DNA of 36,293 nt from Naegleria gruberi. Its lineage: Eukaryota. The position numbers and the translations under genes are program-made. Below are positions 22,501-35,531 of the stretch, one piece after another (positions within the stretch are counted from its first letter, which is position 1; each line of letters opens with the position of its first letter). Under the pieces are notes generated by a model. The model searched no databases. It was not told the origin of the DNA and worked only from the letters and a program-made list of their open reading frames with translations. The DNA is taken from assembly GCA_000004985.1 (NCBI GenBank), contig GG739232.1. One strand, written 5' to 3'.

Positions 22501-25500
22501 NNNNNNNNNNNNNNNNNNNNNNNNNNNNNNNNNNNNNNNNNNNNNNNNNNNNNNNNNNNNNNNNNNNNNNNNNNNNNNNNNNNNNNNNNNNNNNNNNNNN
22601 NNNNNNNNNNNNNNNNNNNNNNNNNNNNNNNNNNNNNNNNNNNNNNNNNNNNNNNNNNNNNNNNNNNNNNNNNNNNNNNNNNNNNNNNNNNNNNNNNNNN
22701 NNNNNNNNNNNNNNNNNNNNNNNNNNNNNNNNNNNNNNNNNNNNNNNNNNNNNNNNNNNNNNNNNNNNNNNNNNNNNNNNNNNNNNNNNNNNNNNNNNNN
22801 NNNNNNNNNNNNNNNNNNNNNNNNNNNNNNNNNNNNNNNNNNNNNNNNNNNNNNNNNNNNNNNNNNNNNNNNNNNNNNNNNNNNNNNNNNNNNNNNNNNN
22901 NNNNNNNNNNNNNNNNNNNNNNNNNNNNNNNNNNNNNNNNNNNNNNNNNNNNNNNNNNNNNNNNNNNNNNNNNNNNNNNNNNNNNNNNNNNNNNNNNNNN
23001 NNNNNNNNNNNNNNNNNNNNNNNNNNNNNNNNNNNNNNNNNNNNNNNNNNNNNNNNNNNNNNNNNNNNNNNNNNNNNNNNNNNNNNNNNNNNNNNNNNNN
23101 NNNNNNNNNNNNNNNNNNNNNNNNNNNNNNNNNNNNNNNNNNNNNNNNNNNNNNNNNNNNNNNNNNNNNNNNNNNNNNNNNNNNNNNNNNNNNNNNNNNN
23201 NNNNNNNNNNNNNNNNNNNNNNNNNNNNNNNNNNNNNNNNNNNNNNNNNNNNNNNNNNNNNNNNNNNNNNNNNNNNNNNNNNNNNNNNNNNNNNNNNNNN
23301 NNNNNNNNNNNNNNNNNNNNNNNNNNNNNNNNNNNNNNNNNNNNNNNNNNNNNNNNNNNNNNNNNNNNNNNNNNNNNNNNNNNNNNNNNNNNNNNNNNNN
23401 NNNNNNNNNNNNNNNNNNNNNNNNNNNNNNNNNNNNNNNNNNNNNNNNNNNNNNNNNNNNNNNNNNNNNNNNNNNNNNNNNNNNNNNNNNNNNNNNNNNN
23501 NNNNNNNNNNNNNNNNNNNNNNNNNNNNNNNNNNNNNNNNNNNNNNNNNNNNNNNNNNNNNNNNNNNNNNNNNNNNNNNNNNNNNNNNNNNNNNNNNNNN
23601 NNNNNNNNNNNNNNNNNNNNNNNNNNNNNNNNNNNNNNNNNNNNNNNNNNNNNNNNNNNNNNNNNNNNNNNNNNNNNNNNNNNNNNNNNNNNNNNNNNNN
23701 NNNNNNNNNNNNNNNNNNNNNNNNNNNNNNNNNNNNNNNNNNNNNNNNNNNNNNNNNNNNNNNNNNNNNNNNNNNNNNNNNNNNNNNNNNNNNNNNNNNN
23801 NNNNNNNNNNNNNNNNNNNNNNNNNNNNNNNNNNNNNNNNNNNNNNNNNNNNNNNNNNNNNNNNNNNNNNNNNNNNNNNNNNNNNNNNNNNNNNNNNNNN
23901 NNNNNNNNNNNNNNNNNNNNNNNNNNNNNNNNNNNNNNNNNNNNNNNNNNNNNNNNNNNNNNNNNNNNNNNNNNNNNNNNNNNNNNNNNNNNNNNNNNNN
24001 NNNNNNNNNNNNNNNNNNNNNNNNNNNNNNNNNNNNNNNNNNNNNNNNNNNNNNNNNNNNNNNNNNNNNNNNNNNNNNNNNNNNNNNNNNNNNNNNNNNN
24101 NNNNNNNNNNNNNNNNNNNNNNNNNNNNNNNNNNNNNNNNNNNNNNNNNNNNNNNNNNNNNNNNNNNNNNNNNNNNNNNNNNNNNNNNNNNNNNNNNNNN
24201 NNNNNNNNNNNNNNNNNNNNNNNNNNNNNNNNNNNNNNNNNNNNNNNNNNNNNNNNNNNNNNNNNNNNNNNNNNNNNNNNNNNNNNNNNNNNNNNNNNNN
24301 NNNNNNNNNNNNNNNNNNNNNNNNNNNNNNNNNNNNNNNNNNNNNNNNNNNNNNNNNNNNNNNNNNNNNNNNNNNNNNNNNNNNNNNNNNNNNNNNNNNN
24401 NNNNNNNNNNNNNNNNNNNNNNNNNNNNNNNNNNNNNNNNNNNNNNNNNNNNNNNNNNNNNNNNNNNNNNNNNNNNNNNNNNNNNNNNNNNNNNNNNNNN
24501 NNNNNNNNNNNNNNNNNNNNNNNNNNNNNNNNNNNNNNNNNNNNNNNNNNNNNNNNNNNNNNNNNNNNNNNNNNNNNNNNNNNNNNNNNNNNNNNNNNNN
24601 NNNNNNNNNNNNNNNNNNNNNNNNNNNNNNNNNNNNNNNNNNNNNNNNNNNNNNNNNNNNNNNNNNNNNNNNNNNNNNNNNNNNNNNNNNNNNNNNNNNN
24701 NNNNNNNNNNNNNNNNNNNNNNNNNNNNNNNNNNNNNNNNNNNNNNNNNNNNNNNNNNNNNNNNNNNNNNNNNNNNNNNNNNNNNNNNNNNNNNNNNNNN
24801 NNNNNNNNNNNNNNNNNNNNNNNNNNNNNNNNNNNNNNNNNNNNNNNNNNNNNNNNNNNNNNNNNNNNNNNNNNNNNNNNNNNNNNNNNNNNNNNNNNNN
24901 NNNNNNNNNNNNNNNNNNNNNNNNNNNNNNNNNNNNNNNNNNNNNNNNNNNNNNNNNNNNNNNNNNNNNNNNNNNNNNNNNNNNNNNNNNNNNNNNNNNN
25001 NNNNNNNNNNNNNNNNNNNNNNNNNNNNNNNNNNNNNNNNNNNNNNNNNNNNNNNNNNNNNNNNNNNNNNNNNNNNNNNNNNNNNNNNNNNNNNNNNNNN
25101 NNNNNNNNNNNNNNNNNNNNNNNNNNNNNNNNNNNNNNNNNNNNNNNNNNNNNNNNNNNNNNNNNNNNNNNNNNNNNNNNNNNNNNNNNNNNNNNNNNNN
25201 NNNNNNNNNNNNNNNNNNNNNNNNNNNNNNNNNNNNNNNNNNNNNNNNNNNNNNNNNNNNNNNNNNNNNNNNNNNNNNNNNNNNNNNNNNNNNNNNNNNN
25301 NNNNNNNNNNNNNNNNNNNNNNNNNNNNNNNNNNNNNNNNNNNNNNNNNNNNNNNNNNNNNNNNNNNNNNNNNNNNNNNNNNNNNNNNNNNNNNNNNNNN
25401 NNNNNNNNNNNNNNNNNNNNNNNNNNNNNNNNNNNNNNNNNNNNNNNNNNNNNNNNNNNNNNNNNNNNNNNNNNNNNNNNNNNNNNNNNNNNNNNNNNNN

Positions 25501-28500
25501 NNNNNNNNNNNNNNNNNNNNNNNNNNNNNNNNNNNNNNNNNNNNNNNNNNNNNNNNNNNNNNNNNNNNNNNNNNNNNNNNNNNNNNNNNNNNNNNNNNNN
25601 NNNNNNNNNNNNNNNNNNNNNNNNNNNNNNNNNNNNNNNNNNNNNNNNNNNNNNNNNNNNNNNNNNNNNNNNNNNNNNNNNNNNNNNNNNNNNNNNNNNN
25701 NNNNNNNNNNNNNNNNNNNNNNNNNNNNNNNNNNNNNNNNNNNNNNNNNNNNNNNNNNNNNNNNNNNNNNNNNNNNNNNNNNNNNNNNNNNNNNNNNNNN
25801 NNNNNNNNNNNNNNNNNNNNNNNNNNNNNNNNNNNNNNNNNNNNNNNNNNNNNNNNNNNNNNNNNNNNNNNNNNNNNNNNNNNNNNNNNNNNNNNNNNNN
25901 NNNNNNNNNNNNNNNNNNNNNNNNNNNNNNNNNNNNNNNNNNNNNNNNNNNNNNNNNNNNNNNNNNNNNNNNNNNNNNNNNNNNNNNNNNNNNNNNNNNN
26001 NNNNNNNNNNNNNNNNNNNNNNNNNNNNNNNNNNNNNNNNNNNNNNNNNNNNNNNNNNNNNNNNNNNNNNNNNNNNNNNNNNNNNNNNNNNNNNNNNNNN
26101 NNNNNNNNNNNNNNNNNNNNNNNNNNNNNNNNNNNNNNNNNNNNNNNNNNNNNNNNNNNNNNNNNNNNNNNNNNNNNNNNNNNNNNNNNNNNNNNNNNNN
26201 NNNNNNNNNNNNNNNNNNNNNNNNNNNNNNNNNNNNNNNNNNNNNNNNNNNNNNNNNNNNNNNNNNNNNNNNNNNNNNNNNNNNNNNNNNNNNNNNNNNN
26301 NNNNNNNNNNNNNNNNNNNNNNNNNNNNNNNNNNNNNNNNNNNNNNNNNNNNNNNNNNNNNNNNNNNNNNNNNNNNNNNNNNNNNNNNNNNNNNNNNNNN
26401 NNNNNNNNNNNNNNNNNNNNNNNNNNNNNNNNNNNNNNNNNNNNNNNNNNNNNNNNNNNNNNNNNNNNNNNNNNNNNNNNNNNNNNNNNNNNNNNNNNNN
26501 NNNNNNNNNNNNNNNNNNNNNNNNNNNNNNNNNNNNNNNNNNNNNNNNNNNNNNNNNNNNNNNNNNNNNNNNNNNNNNNNNNNNNNNNNNNNNNNNNNNN
26601 NNNNNNNNNNNNNNNNNNNNNNNNNNNNNNNNNNNNNNNNNNNNNNNNNNNNNNNNNNNNNNNNNNNNNNNNNNNNNNNNNNNNNNNNNNNNNNNNNNNN
26701 NNNNNNNNNNNNNNNNNNNNNNNNNNNNNNNNNNNNNNNNNNNNNNNNNNNNNNNNNNNNNNNNNNNNNNNNNNNNNNNNNNNNNNNNNNNNNNNNNNNN
26801 NNNNNNNNNNNNNNNNNNNNNNNNNNNNNNNNNNNNNNNNNNNNNNNNNNNNNNNNNNNNNNNNNNNNNNNNNNNNNNNNNNNNNNNNNNNNNNNNNNNN
26901 NNNNNNNNNNNNNNNNNNNNNNNNNNNNNNNNNNNNNNNNNNNNNNNNNNNNNNNNNNNNNNNNNNNNNNNNNNNNNNNNNNNNNNNNNNNNNNNNNNNN
27001 NNNNNNNNNNNNNNNNNNNNNNNNNNNNNNNNNNNNNNNNNNNNNNNNNNNNNNNNNNNNNNNNNNNNNNNNNNNNNNNNNNNNNNNNNNNNNNNNNNNN
27101 NNNNNNNNNNNNNNNNNNNNNNNNNNNNNNNNNNNNNNNNNNNNNNNNNNNNNNNNNNNNNNNNNNNNNNNNNNNNNNNNNNNNNNNNNNNNNNNNNNNN
27201 NNNNNNNNNNNNNNNNNNNNNNNNNNNNNNNNNNNNNNNNNNNNNNNNNNNNNNNNNNNNNNNNNNNNNNNNNNNNNNNNNNNNNNNNNNNNNNNNNNNN
27301 NNNNNNNNNNNNNNNNNNNNNNNNNNNNNNNNNNNNNNNNNNNNNNNNNNNNNNNNNNNNNNNNNNNNNNNNNNNNNNNNNNNNNNNNNNNNNNNNNNNN
27401 NNNNNNNNNNNNNNNNNNNNNNNNNNNNNNNNNNNNNNNNNNNNNNNNNNNNNNNNNNNNNNNNNNNNNNNNNNNNNNNNNNNNNNNNNNNNNNNNNNNN
27501 NNNNNNNNNNNNNNNNNNNNNNNNNNNNNNNNNNNNNNNNNNNNNNNNNNNNNNNNNNNNNNNNNNNNNNNNNNNNNNNNNNNNNNNNNNNNNNNNNNNN
27601 NNNNNNNNNNNNNNNNNNNNNNNNNNNNNNNNNNNNNNNNNNNNNNNNNNNNNNNNNNNNNNNNNNNNNNNNNNNNNNNNNNNNNNNNNNNNNNNNNNNN
27701 NNNNNNNNNNNNNNNNNNNNNNNNNNNNNNNNNNNNNNNNNNNNNNNNNNNNNNNNNNNNNNNNNNNNNNNNNNNNNNNNNNNNNNNNNNNNNNNNNNNN
27801 NNNNNNNNNNNNNNNNNNNNNNNNNNNNNNNNNNNNNNNNNNNNNNNNNNNNNNNNNNNNNNNNNNNNNNNNNNNNNNNNNNNNNNNNNNNNNNNNNNNN
27901 NNNNNNNNNNNNNNNNNNNNNNNNNNNNNNNNNNNNNNNNNNNNNNNNNNNNNNNNNNNNNNNNNNNNNNNNNNNNNNNNNNNNNNNNNNNNNNNNNNNN
28001 NNNNNNNNNNNNNNNNNNNNNNNNNNNNNNNNNNNNNNNNNNNNNNNNNNNNNNNNNNNNNNNNNNNNNNNNNNNNNNNNNNNNNNNNNNNNNNNNNNNN
28101 NNNNNNNNNNNNNNNNNNNNNNNNNNNNNNNNNNNNNNNNNNNNNNNNNNNNNNNNNNNNNNNNNNNNNNNNNNNNNNNNNNNNNNNNNNNNNNNNNNNN
28201 NNNNNNNNNNNNNNNNNNNNNNNNNNNNNNNNNNNNNNNNNNNNNNNNNNNNNNNNNNNNNNNNNNNNNNNNNNNNNNNNNNNNNNNNNNNNNNNNNNNN
28301 NNNNNNNNNNNNNNNNNNNNNNNNNNNNNNNNNNNNNNNNNNNNNNNNNNNNNNNNNNNNNNNNNNNNNNNNNNNNNNNNNNNNNNNNNNNNNNNNNNNN
28401 NNNNNNNNNNNNNNNNNNNNNNNNNNNNNNNNNNNNNNNNNNNNNNNNNNNNNNNNNNNNNNNNNNNNNNNNNNNNNNNNNNNNNNNNNNNNNNNNNNNN

Positions 28501-31500
28501 NNNNNNNNNNNNNNNNNNNNNNNNNNNNNNNNNNNNNNNNNNNNNNNNNNNNNNNNNNNNNNNNNNNNNNNNNNNNNNNNNNNNNNNNNNNNNNNNNNNN
28601 NNNNNNNNNNNNNNNNNNNNNNNNNNNNNNNNNNNNNNNNNNNNNNNNNNNNNNNNNNNNNNNNNNNNNNNNNNNNNNNNNNNNNNNNNNNNNNNNNNNN
28701 NNNNNNNNNNNNNNNNNNNNNNNNNNNNNNNNNNNNNNNNNNNNNNNNNNNNNNNNNNNNNNNNNNNNNNNNNNNNNNNNNNNNNNNNNNNNNNNNNNNN
28801 NNNNNNNNNNNNNNNNNNNNNNNNNNNNNNNNNNNNNNNNNNNNNNNNNNNNNNNNNNNNNNNNNNNNNNNNNNNNNNNNNNNNNNNNNNNNNNNNNNNN
28901 NNNNNNNNNNNNNNNNNNNNNNNNNNNNNNNNNNNNNNNNNNNNNNNNNNNNNNNNNNNNNNNNNNNNNNNNNNNNNNNNNNNNNNNNNNNNNNNNNNNN
29001 NNNNNNNNNNNNNNNNNNNNNNNNNNNNNNNNNNNNNNNNNNNNNNNNNNNNNNNNNNNNNNNNNNNNNNNNNNNNNNNNNNNNNNNNNNNNNNNNNNNN
29101 NNNNNNNNNNNNNNNNNNNNNNNNNNNNNNNNNNNNNNNNNNNNNNNNNNNNNNNNNNNNNNNNNNNNNNNNNNNNNNNNNNNNNNNNNNNNNNNNNNNN
29201 NNNNNNNNNNNNNNNNNNNNNNNNNNNNNNNNNNNNNNNNNNNNNNNNNNNNNNNNNNNNNNNNNNNNNNNNNNNNNNNNNNNNNNNNNNNNNNNNNNNN
29301 NNNNNNNNNNNNNNNNNNNNNNNNNNNNNNNNNNNNNNNNNNNNNNNNNNNNNNNNNNNNNNNNNNNNNNNNNNNNNNNNNNNNNNNNNNNNNNNNNNNN
29401 NNNNNNNNNNNNNNNNNNNNNNNNNNNNNNNNNNNNNNNNNNNNNNNNNNNNNNNNNNNNNNNNNNNNNNNNNNNNNNNNNNNNNNNNNNNNNNNNNNNN
29501 NNNNNNNNNNNNNNNNNNNNNNNNNNNNNNNNNNNNNNNNNNNNNNNNNNNNNNNNNNNNNNNNNNNNNNNNNNNNNNNNNNNNNNNNNNNNNNNNNNNN
29601 NNNNNNNNNNNNNNNNNNNNNNNNNNNNNNNNNNNNNNNNNNNNNNNNNNNNNNNNNNNNNNNNNNNNNNNNNNNNNNNNNNNNNNNNNNNNNNNNNNNN
29701 NNNNNNNNNNNNNNNNNNNNNNNNNNNNNNNNNNNNNNNNNNNNNNNNNNNNNNNNNNNNNNNNNNNNNNNNNNNNNNNNNNNNNNNNNNNNNNNNNNNN
29801 NNNNNNNNNNNNNNNNNNNNNNNNNNNNNNNNNNNNNNNNNNNNNNNNNNNNNNNNNNNNNNNNNNNNNNNNNNNNNNNNNNNNNNNNNNNNNNNNNNNN
29901 NNNNNNNNNNNNNNNNNNNNNNNNNNNNNNNNNNNNNNNNNNNNNNNNNNNNNNNNNNNNNNNNNNNNNNNNNNNNNNNNNNNNNNNNNNNNNNNNNNNN
30001 NNNNNNNNNNNNNNNNNNNNNNNNNNNNNNNNNNNNNNNNNNNNNNNNNNNNNNNNNNNNNNNNNNNNNNNNNNNNNNNNNNNNNNNNNNNNNNNNNNNN
30101 NNNNNNNNNNNNNNNNNNNNNNNNNNNNNNNNNNNNNNNNNNNNNNNNNNNNNNNNNNNNNNNNNNNNNNNNNNNNNNNNNNNNNNNNNNNNNNNNNNNN
30201 NNNNNNNNNNNNNNNNNNNNNNNNNNNNNNNNNNNNNNNNNNNNNNNNNNNNNNNNNNNNNNNNNNNNNNNNNNNNNNNNNNNNNNNNNNNNNNNNNNNN
30301 NNNNNNNNNNNNNNNNNNNNNNNNNNNNNNNNNNNNNNNNNNNNNNNNNNNNNNNNNNNNNNNNNNNNNNNNNNNNNNNNNNNNNNNNNNNNNNNNNNNN
30401 NNNNNNNNNNNNNNNNNNNNNNNNNNNNNNNNNNNNNNNNNNNNNNNNNNNNNNNNNNNNNNNNNNNNNNNNNNNNNNNNNNNNNNNNNNNNNNNNNNNN
30501 NNNNNNNNNNNNNNNNNNNNNNNNNNNNNNNNNNNNNNNNNNNNNNNNNNNNNNNNNNNNNNNNNNNNNNNNNNNNNNNNNNNNNNNNNNNNNNNNNNNN
30601 NNNNNNNNNNNNNNNNNNNNNNNNNNNNNNNNNNNNNNNNNNNNNNNNNNNNNNNNNNNNNNNNNNNNNNNNNNNNNNNNNNNNNNNNNNNNNNNNNNNN
30701 NNNNNNNNNNNNNNNNNNNNNNNNNNNNNNNNNNNNNNNNNNNNNNNNNNNNNNNNNNNNNNNNNNNNNNNNNNNNNNNNNNNNNNNNNNNNNNNNNNNN
30801 NNNNNNNNNNNNNNNNNNNNNNNNNNNNNNNNNNNNNNNNNNNNNNNNNNNNNNNNNNNNNNNNNNNNNNNNNNNNNNNNNNNNNNNNNNNNNNNNNNNN
30901 NNNNNNNNNNNNNNNNNNNNNNNNNNNNNNNNNNNNNNNNNNNNNNNNNNNNNNNNNNNNNNNNNNNNNNNNNNNNNNNNNNNNNNNNNNNNNNNNNNNN
31001 NNNNNNNNNNNNNNNNNNNNNNNNNNNNNNNNNNNNNNNNNNNNNNNNNNNNNNNNNNNNNNNNNNNNNNNNNNNNNNNNNNNNNNNNNNNNNNNNNNNN
31101 NNNNNNNNNNNNNNNNNNNNNNNNNNNNNNNNNNNNNNNNNNNNNNNNNNNNNNNNNNNNNNNNNNNNNNNNNNNNNNNNNNNNNNNNNNNNNNNNNNNN
31201 NNNNNNNNNNNNNNNNNNNNNNNNNNNNNNNNNNNNNNNNNNNNNNNNNNNNNNNNNNNNNNNNNNNNNNNNNNNNNNNNNNNNNNNNNNNNNNNNNNNN
31301 NNNNNNNNNNNNNNNNNNNNNNNNNNNNNNNNNNNNNNNNNNNNNNNNNNNNNNNNNNNNNNNNNNNNNNNNNNNNNNNNNNNNNNNNNNNNNNNNNNNN
31401 NNNNNNNNNNNNNNNNNNNNNNNNNNNNNNNNNNNNNNNNNNNNNNNNNNNNNNNNNNNNNNNNNNNNNNNNNNNNNNNNNNNNNNNNNNNNNNNNNNNN

Positions 31501-34500
31501 NNNNNNNNNNNNNNNNNNNNNNNNNNNNNNNNNNNNNNNNNNNNNNNNNNNNNNNNNNNNNNNNNNNNNNNNNNNNNNNNNNNNNNNNNNNNNNNNNNNN
31601 NNNNNNNNNNNNNNNNNNNNNNNNNNNNNNNNNNNNNNNNNNNNNNNNNNNNNNNNNNNNNNNNNNNNNNNNNNNNNNNNNNNNNNNNNNNNNNNNNNNN
31701 NNNNNNNNNNNNNNNNNNNNNNNNNNNNNNNNNNNNNNNNNNNNNNNNNNNNNNNNNNNNNNNNNNNNNNNNNNNNNNNNNNNNNNNNNNNNNNNNNNNN
31801 NNNNNNNNNNNNNNNNNNNNNNNNNNNNNNNNNNNNNNNNNNNNNNNNNNNNNNNNNNNNNNNNNNNNNNNNNNNNNNNNNNNNNNNNNNNNNNNNNNNN
31901 NNNNNNNNNNNNNNNNNNNNNNNNNNNNNNNNNNNNNNNNNNNNNNNNNNNNNNNNNNNNNNNNNNNNNNNNNNNNNNNNNNNNNNNNNNNNNNNNNNNN
32001 NNNNNNNNNNNNNNNNNNNNNNNNNNNNNNNNNNNNNNNNNNNNNNNNNNNNNNNNNNNNNNNNNNNNNNNNNNNNNNNNNNNNNNNNNNNNNNNNNNNN
32101 NNNNNNNNNNNNNNNNNNNNNNNNNNNNNNNNNNNNNNNNNNNNNNNNNNNNNNNNNNNNNNNNNNNNNNNNNNNNNNNNNNNNNNNNNNNNNNNNNNNN
32201 NNNNNNNNNNNNNNNNNNNNNNNNNNNNNNNNNNNNNNNNNNNNNNNNNNNNNNNNNNNNNNNNNNNNNNNNNNNNNNNNNNNNNNNNNNNNNNNNNNNN
32301 NNNNNNNNNNNNNNNNNNNNNNNNNNNNNNNNNNNNNNNNNNNNNNNNNNNNNNNNNNNNNNNNNNNNNNNNNNNNNNNNNNNNNNNNNNNNNNNNNNNN
32401 NNNNNNNNNNNNNNNNNNNNNNNNNNNNNNNNNNNNNNNNNNNNNNNNNNNNNNNNNNNNNNNNNNNNNNNNNNNNNNNNNNNNNNNNNNNNNNNNNNNN
32501 NNNNNNNNNNNNNNNNNNNNNNNNNNNNNNNNNNNNNNNNNNNNNNNNNNNNNNNNNNNNNNNNNNNNNNNNNNNNNNNNNNNNNNNNNNNNNNNNNNNN
32601 NNNNNNNNNNNNNNNNNNNNNNNNNNNNNNNNNNNNNNNNNNNNNNNNNNNNNNNNNNNNNNNNNNNNNNNNNNNNNNNNNNNNNNNNNNNNNNNNNNNN
32701 NNNNNNNNNNNNNNNNNNNNNNNNNNNNNNNNNNNNNNNNNNNNNNNNNNNNNNNNNNNNNNNNNNNNNNNNNNNNNNNNNNNNNNNNNNNNNNNNNNNN
32801 NNNNNNNNNNNNNNNNNNNNNNNNNNNNNNNNNNNNNNNNNNNNNNNNNNNNNNNNNNNNNNNNNNNNNNNNNNNNNNNNNNNNNNNNNNNNNNNNNNNN
32901 NNNNNNNNNNNNNNNNNNNNNNNNNNNNNNNNNNNNNNNNNNNNNNNNNNNNNNNNNNNNNNNNNNNNNNNNNNNNNNNNNNNNNNNNNNNNNNNNNNNN
33001 NNNNNNNNNNNNNNNNNNNNNNNNNNNNNNNNNNNNNNNNNNNNNNNNNNNNNNNNNNNNNNNNNNNNNNNNNNNNNNNNNNNNNNNNNNNNNNNNNNNN
33101 NNNNNNNNNNNNNNNNNNNNNNNNNNNNNNNNNNNNNNNNNNNNNNNNNNNNNNNNNNNNNNNNNNNNNNNNNNNNNNNNNNNNNNNNNNNNNNNNNNNN
33201 NNNNNNNNNNNNNNNNNNNNNNNNNNNNNNNNNNNNNNNNNNNNNNNNNNNNNNNNNNNNNNNNNNNNNNNNNNNNNNNNNNNNNNNNNNNNNNNNNNNN
33301 NNNNNNNNNNNNNNNNNNNNNNNNNNNNNNNNNNNNNNNNNNNNNNNNNNNNNNNNNNNNNNNNNNNNNNNNNNNNNNNNNNNNNNNNNNNNNNNNNNNN
33401 NNNNNNNNNNNNNNNNNNNNNNNNNNNNNNNNNNNNNNNNNNNNNNNNNNNNNNNNNNNNNNNNNNNNNNNNNNNNNNNNNNNNNNNNNNNNNNNNNNNN
33501 NNNNNNNNNNNNNNNNNNNNNNNNNNNNNNNNNNNNNNNNNNNNNNNNNNNNNNNNNNNNNNNNNNNNNNNNNNNNNNNNNNNNNNNNNNNNNNNNNNNN
33601 NNNNNNNNNNNNNNNNNNNNNNNNNNNNNNNNNNNNNNNNNNNNNNNNNNNNNNNNNNNNNNNNNNNNNNNNNNNNNNNNNNNNNNNNNNNNNNNNNNNN
33701 NNNNNNNNNNNNNNNNNNNNNNNNNNNNNNNNNNNNNNNNNNNNNNNNNNNNNNNNNNNNNNNNNNNNNNNNNNNNNNNNNNNNNNNNNNNNNNNNNNNN
33801 NNNNNNNNNNNNNNNNNNNNNNNNNNNNNNNNNNNNNNNNNNNNNNNNNNNNNNNNNNNNNNNNNNNNNNNNNNNNNNNNNNNNNNNNNNNNNNNNNNNN
33901 NNNNNNNNNNNNNNNNNNNNNNNNNNNNNNNNNNNNNNNNNNNNNNNNNNNNNNNNNNNNNNNNNNNNNNNNNNNNNNNNNNNNNNNNNNNNNNNNNNNN
34001 NNNNNNNNNNNNNNNNNNNNNNNNNNNNNNNNNNNNNNNNNNNNNNNNNNNNNNNNNNNNNNNNNNNNNNNNNNNNNNNNNNNNNNNNNNNNNNNNNNNN
34101 NNNNNNNNNNNNNNNNNNNNNNNNNNNNNNNNNNNNNNNNNNNNNNNNNNNNNNNNNNNNNNNNNNNNNNNNNNNNNNNNNNNNNNNNNNNNNNNNNNNN
34201 NNNNNNNNNNNNNNNNNNNNNNNNNNNNNNNNNNNNNNNNNNNNNNNNNNNNNNNNNNNNNNNNNNNNNNNNNNNNNNNNNNNNNNNNNNNNNNNNNNNN
34301 NNNNNNNNNNNNNNNNNNNNNNNNNNNNNNNNNNNNNNNNNNNNNNNNNNNNNNNNNNNNNNNNNNNNNNNNNNNNNNNNNNNNNNNNNNNNNNNNNNNN
34401 NNNNNNNNNNNNNNNNNNNNNNNNNNNNNNNNNNNNNNNNNNNNNNNNNNNNNNNNNNNNNNNNNNNNNNNNNNNNNNNNNNNNNNNNNNNNNNNNNNNN

Positions 34501-34576
34501 NNNNNNNNNNNNNNNNNNNNNNNNNNNNNNNNNNNNNNNNNNNNNNNNNNNNNNNNNNNNNNNNNNNNNNNNNNNN
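1525..34576. other. Assembly gap or hard-masked block: 33,052 consecutive N
   Basis: Uninterrupted n run from 1525 to 34576. The non-round length suggests a size-estimated scaffold gap. Every track ORF spanning it is all X. Confidence 0.97.
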
Positions 34577-35419
34577 AGCCTCAGCAAAGTTATAGAGACA
34601 AAAAATGAAATATCGTGCCAGTAAAAGACCGAAAGCCTGATTTTTGTAATAGTTTTTAGCCTTAAGTTCATAATCATCCTCTGTAGGTGTTGTTATATAT
34701 TCAATAAATTGATTCCAATAATAAAAGAGATCGGTCAATAACCAACTATTTGCTCCTGATAAATAACTTTCAGGATTTTCTTTCAACAATTGATTCTTTC
34801 TTTCCAAAAAGTAATTAGAAACCGTTAACAATAGAAAACATGGTGGAAATTCAGTAAATCCGACATGTGAAATTGGTTTTCTACACTTTAAAACTTCAGC
34901 ATGCACCTTTACAATAAAATGTAAAACAACTTTTTGCCAATTCTCCAAATTATCAATTCCACATTCGAATGGTTCCACTTCAGCACCTTTTCTCACCTCT
35001 TGATAAGTATGGTTTGCACAACGAAAGAATTGGGGTATAATTCTCTCCTCTGCATAATCCATAAATTGACAAAACTCTCTCACTTCACAATTCATCCAAT
35101 TACACGAAATGGCTGTGGAAAGGTAGTAATAAATTAGAATAATCATTTTCATGCAAGCTTGTTGCTCAGTATCCGAATCATATACTTCCGAATATACTTT
35201 CAACTCATTTTCATCACATAACTTTCCTATCAATTCGTTTGGATCGAATTCGTATAATGTAATTAGTTTAGAAATATGTTTGTGTGATTCCTCAAGTTTC
35301 TCGCGAACCATGGTGAATCCTTCTGACATGTATTTTAAATTTTCATGAACAAATTGTTTAATATTTGTGAAACTGTCAGCTAAGTCTTGGATTGTGGTCC
35401 ATTTGGCAAATCGAGGCAT
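34577..35419 (-). CDS. N-terminal 281 aa of an unrecognised protein (hypothetical). ATG at 35417-35419. The reading frame runs into the N gap.
   Basis: The track ORF 1514..35419 gives 281 real residues (MPRFAKWTTIQDLADSF...LARYFIFCLYNFAEA) before the Xs. I confirmed the codons at both ends by hand. The start context is gtgaaaaaATGcc (A-rich -4..-1). The protein is aromatic/Cys-rich with no motif I can assign to a family. Confidence 0.5.
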
Positions 35420-35531
35420 TTTTTCACAACATTAGAAGAACTAATGAACAATTTCAGATTACAAAAATGTTTGAATCCAAAGTGTTTTAGTGATCTGACA
35501 ACAAATTGAGGTGAGAAACACGATTTGTTAC

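Noticed and set aside
1504-34608. 11,034-aa plus-strand 'ORF'
   Set aside because: Real parts are 7 aa and 9 aa at the gap edges. It is an artefact.
1492-34677. 11,061-aa minus-strand 'ORF'
   Set aside because: All but 33 + 11 residues are X from the N run. The real ends (MIMNLRLKTITKIRLSVFYWHDISFFVSITLLR at 34577-34677, and RCCKKFQCYY at 1492-1524) are short, in frames alternative to the genuine genes, and have no coding character.
34934-35348. Two plus-strand ORFs (34934..35137, a TTG start; 35151..35348)
   Set aside because: Both are antisense to and fully contained in the 34577..35419 minus-strand CDS. One relies on a TTG start. They are spurious in a eukaryotic context.
1514-35419. 11,301-aa minus-strand 'ORF' as a single giant gene
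   Set aside because: Only the first 281 aa (34577..35419) are real. The lower end contributes just 'ML' before a stop. Frame continuity across a size-estimated gap is meaningless.
921-35419. The two gap-flanking minus-strand coding segments might be one gene (N-terminus at 35419, DUF1279 C-terminus at 921)
   Set aside because: FAM210/DUF1279 proteins are small (about 200-350 aa). A 33 kb gene linking them is implausible, and the frames differ. It cannot be strictly excluded without the gap sequence.
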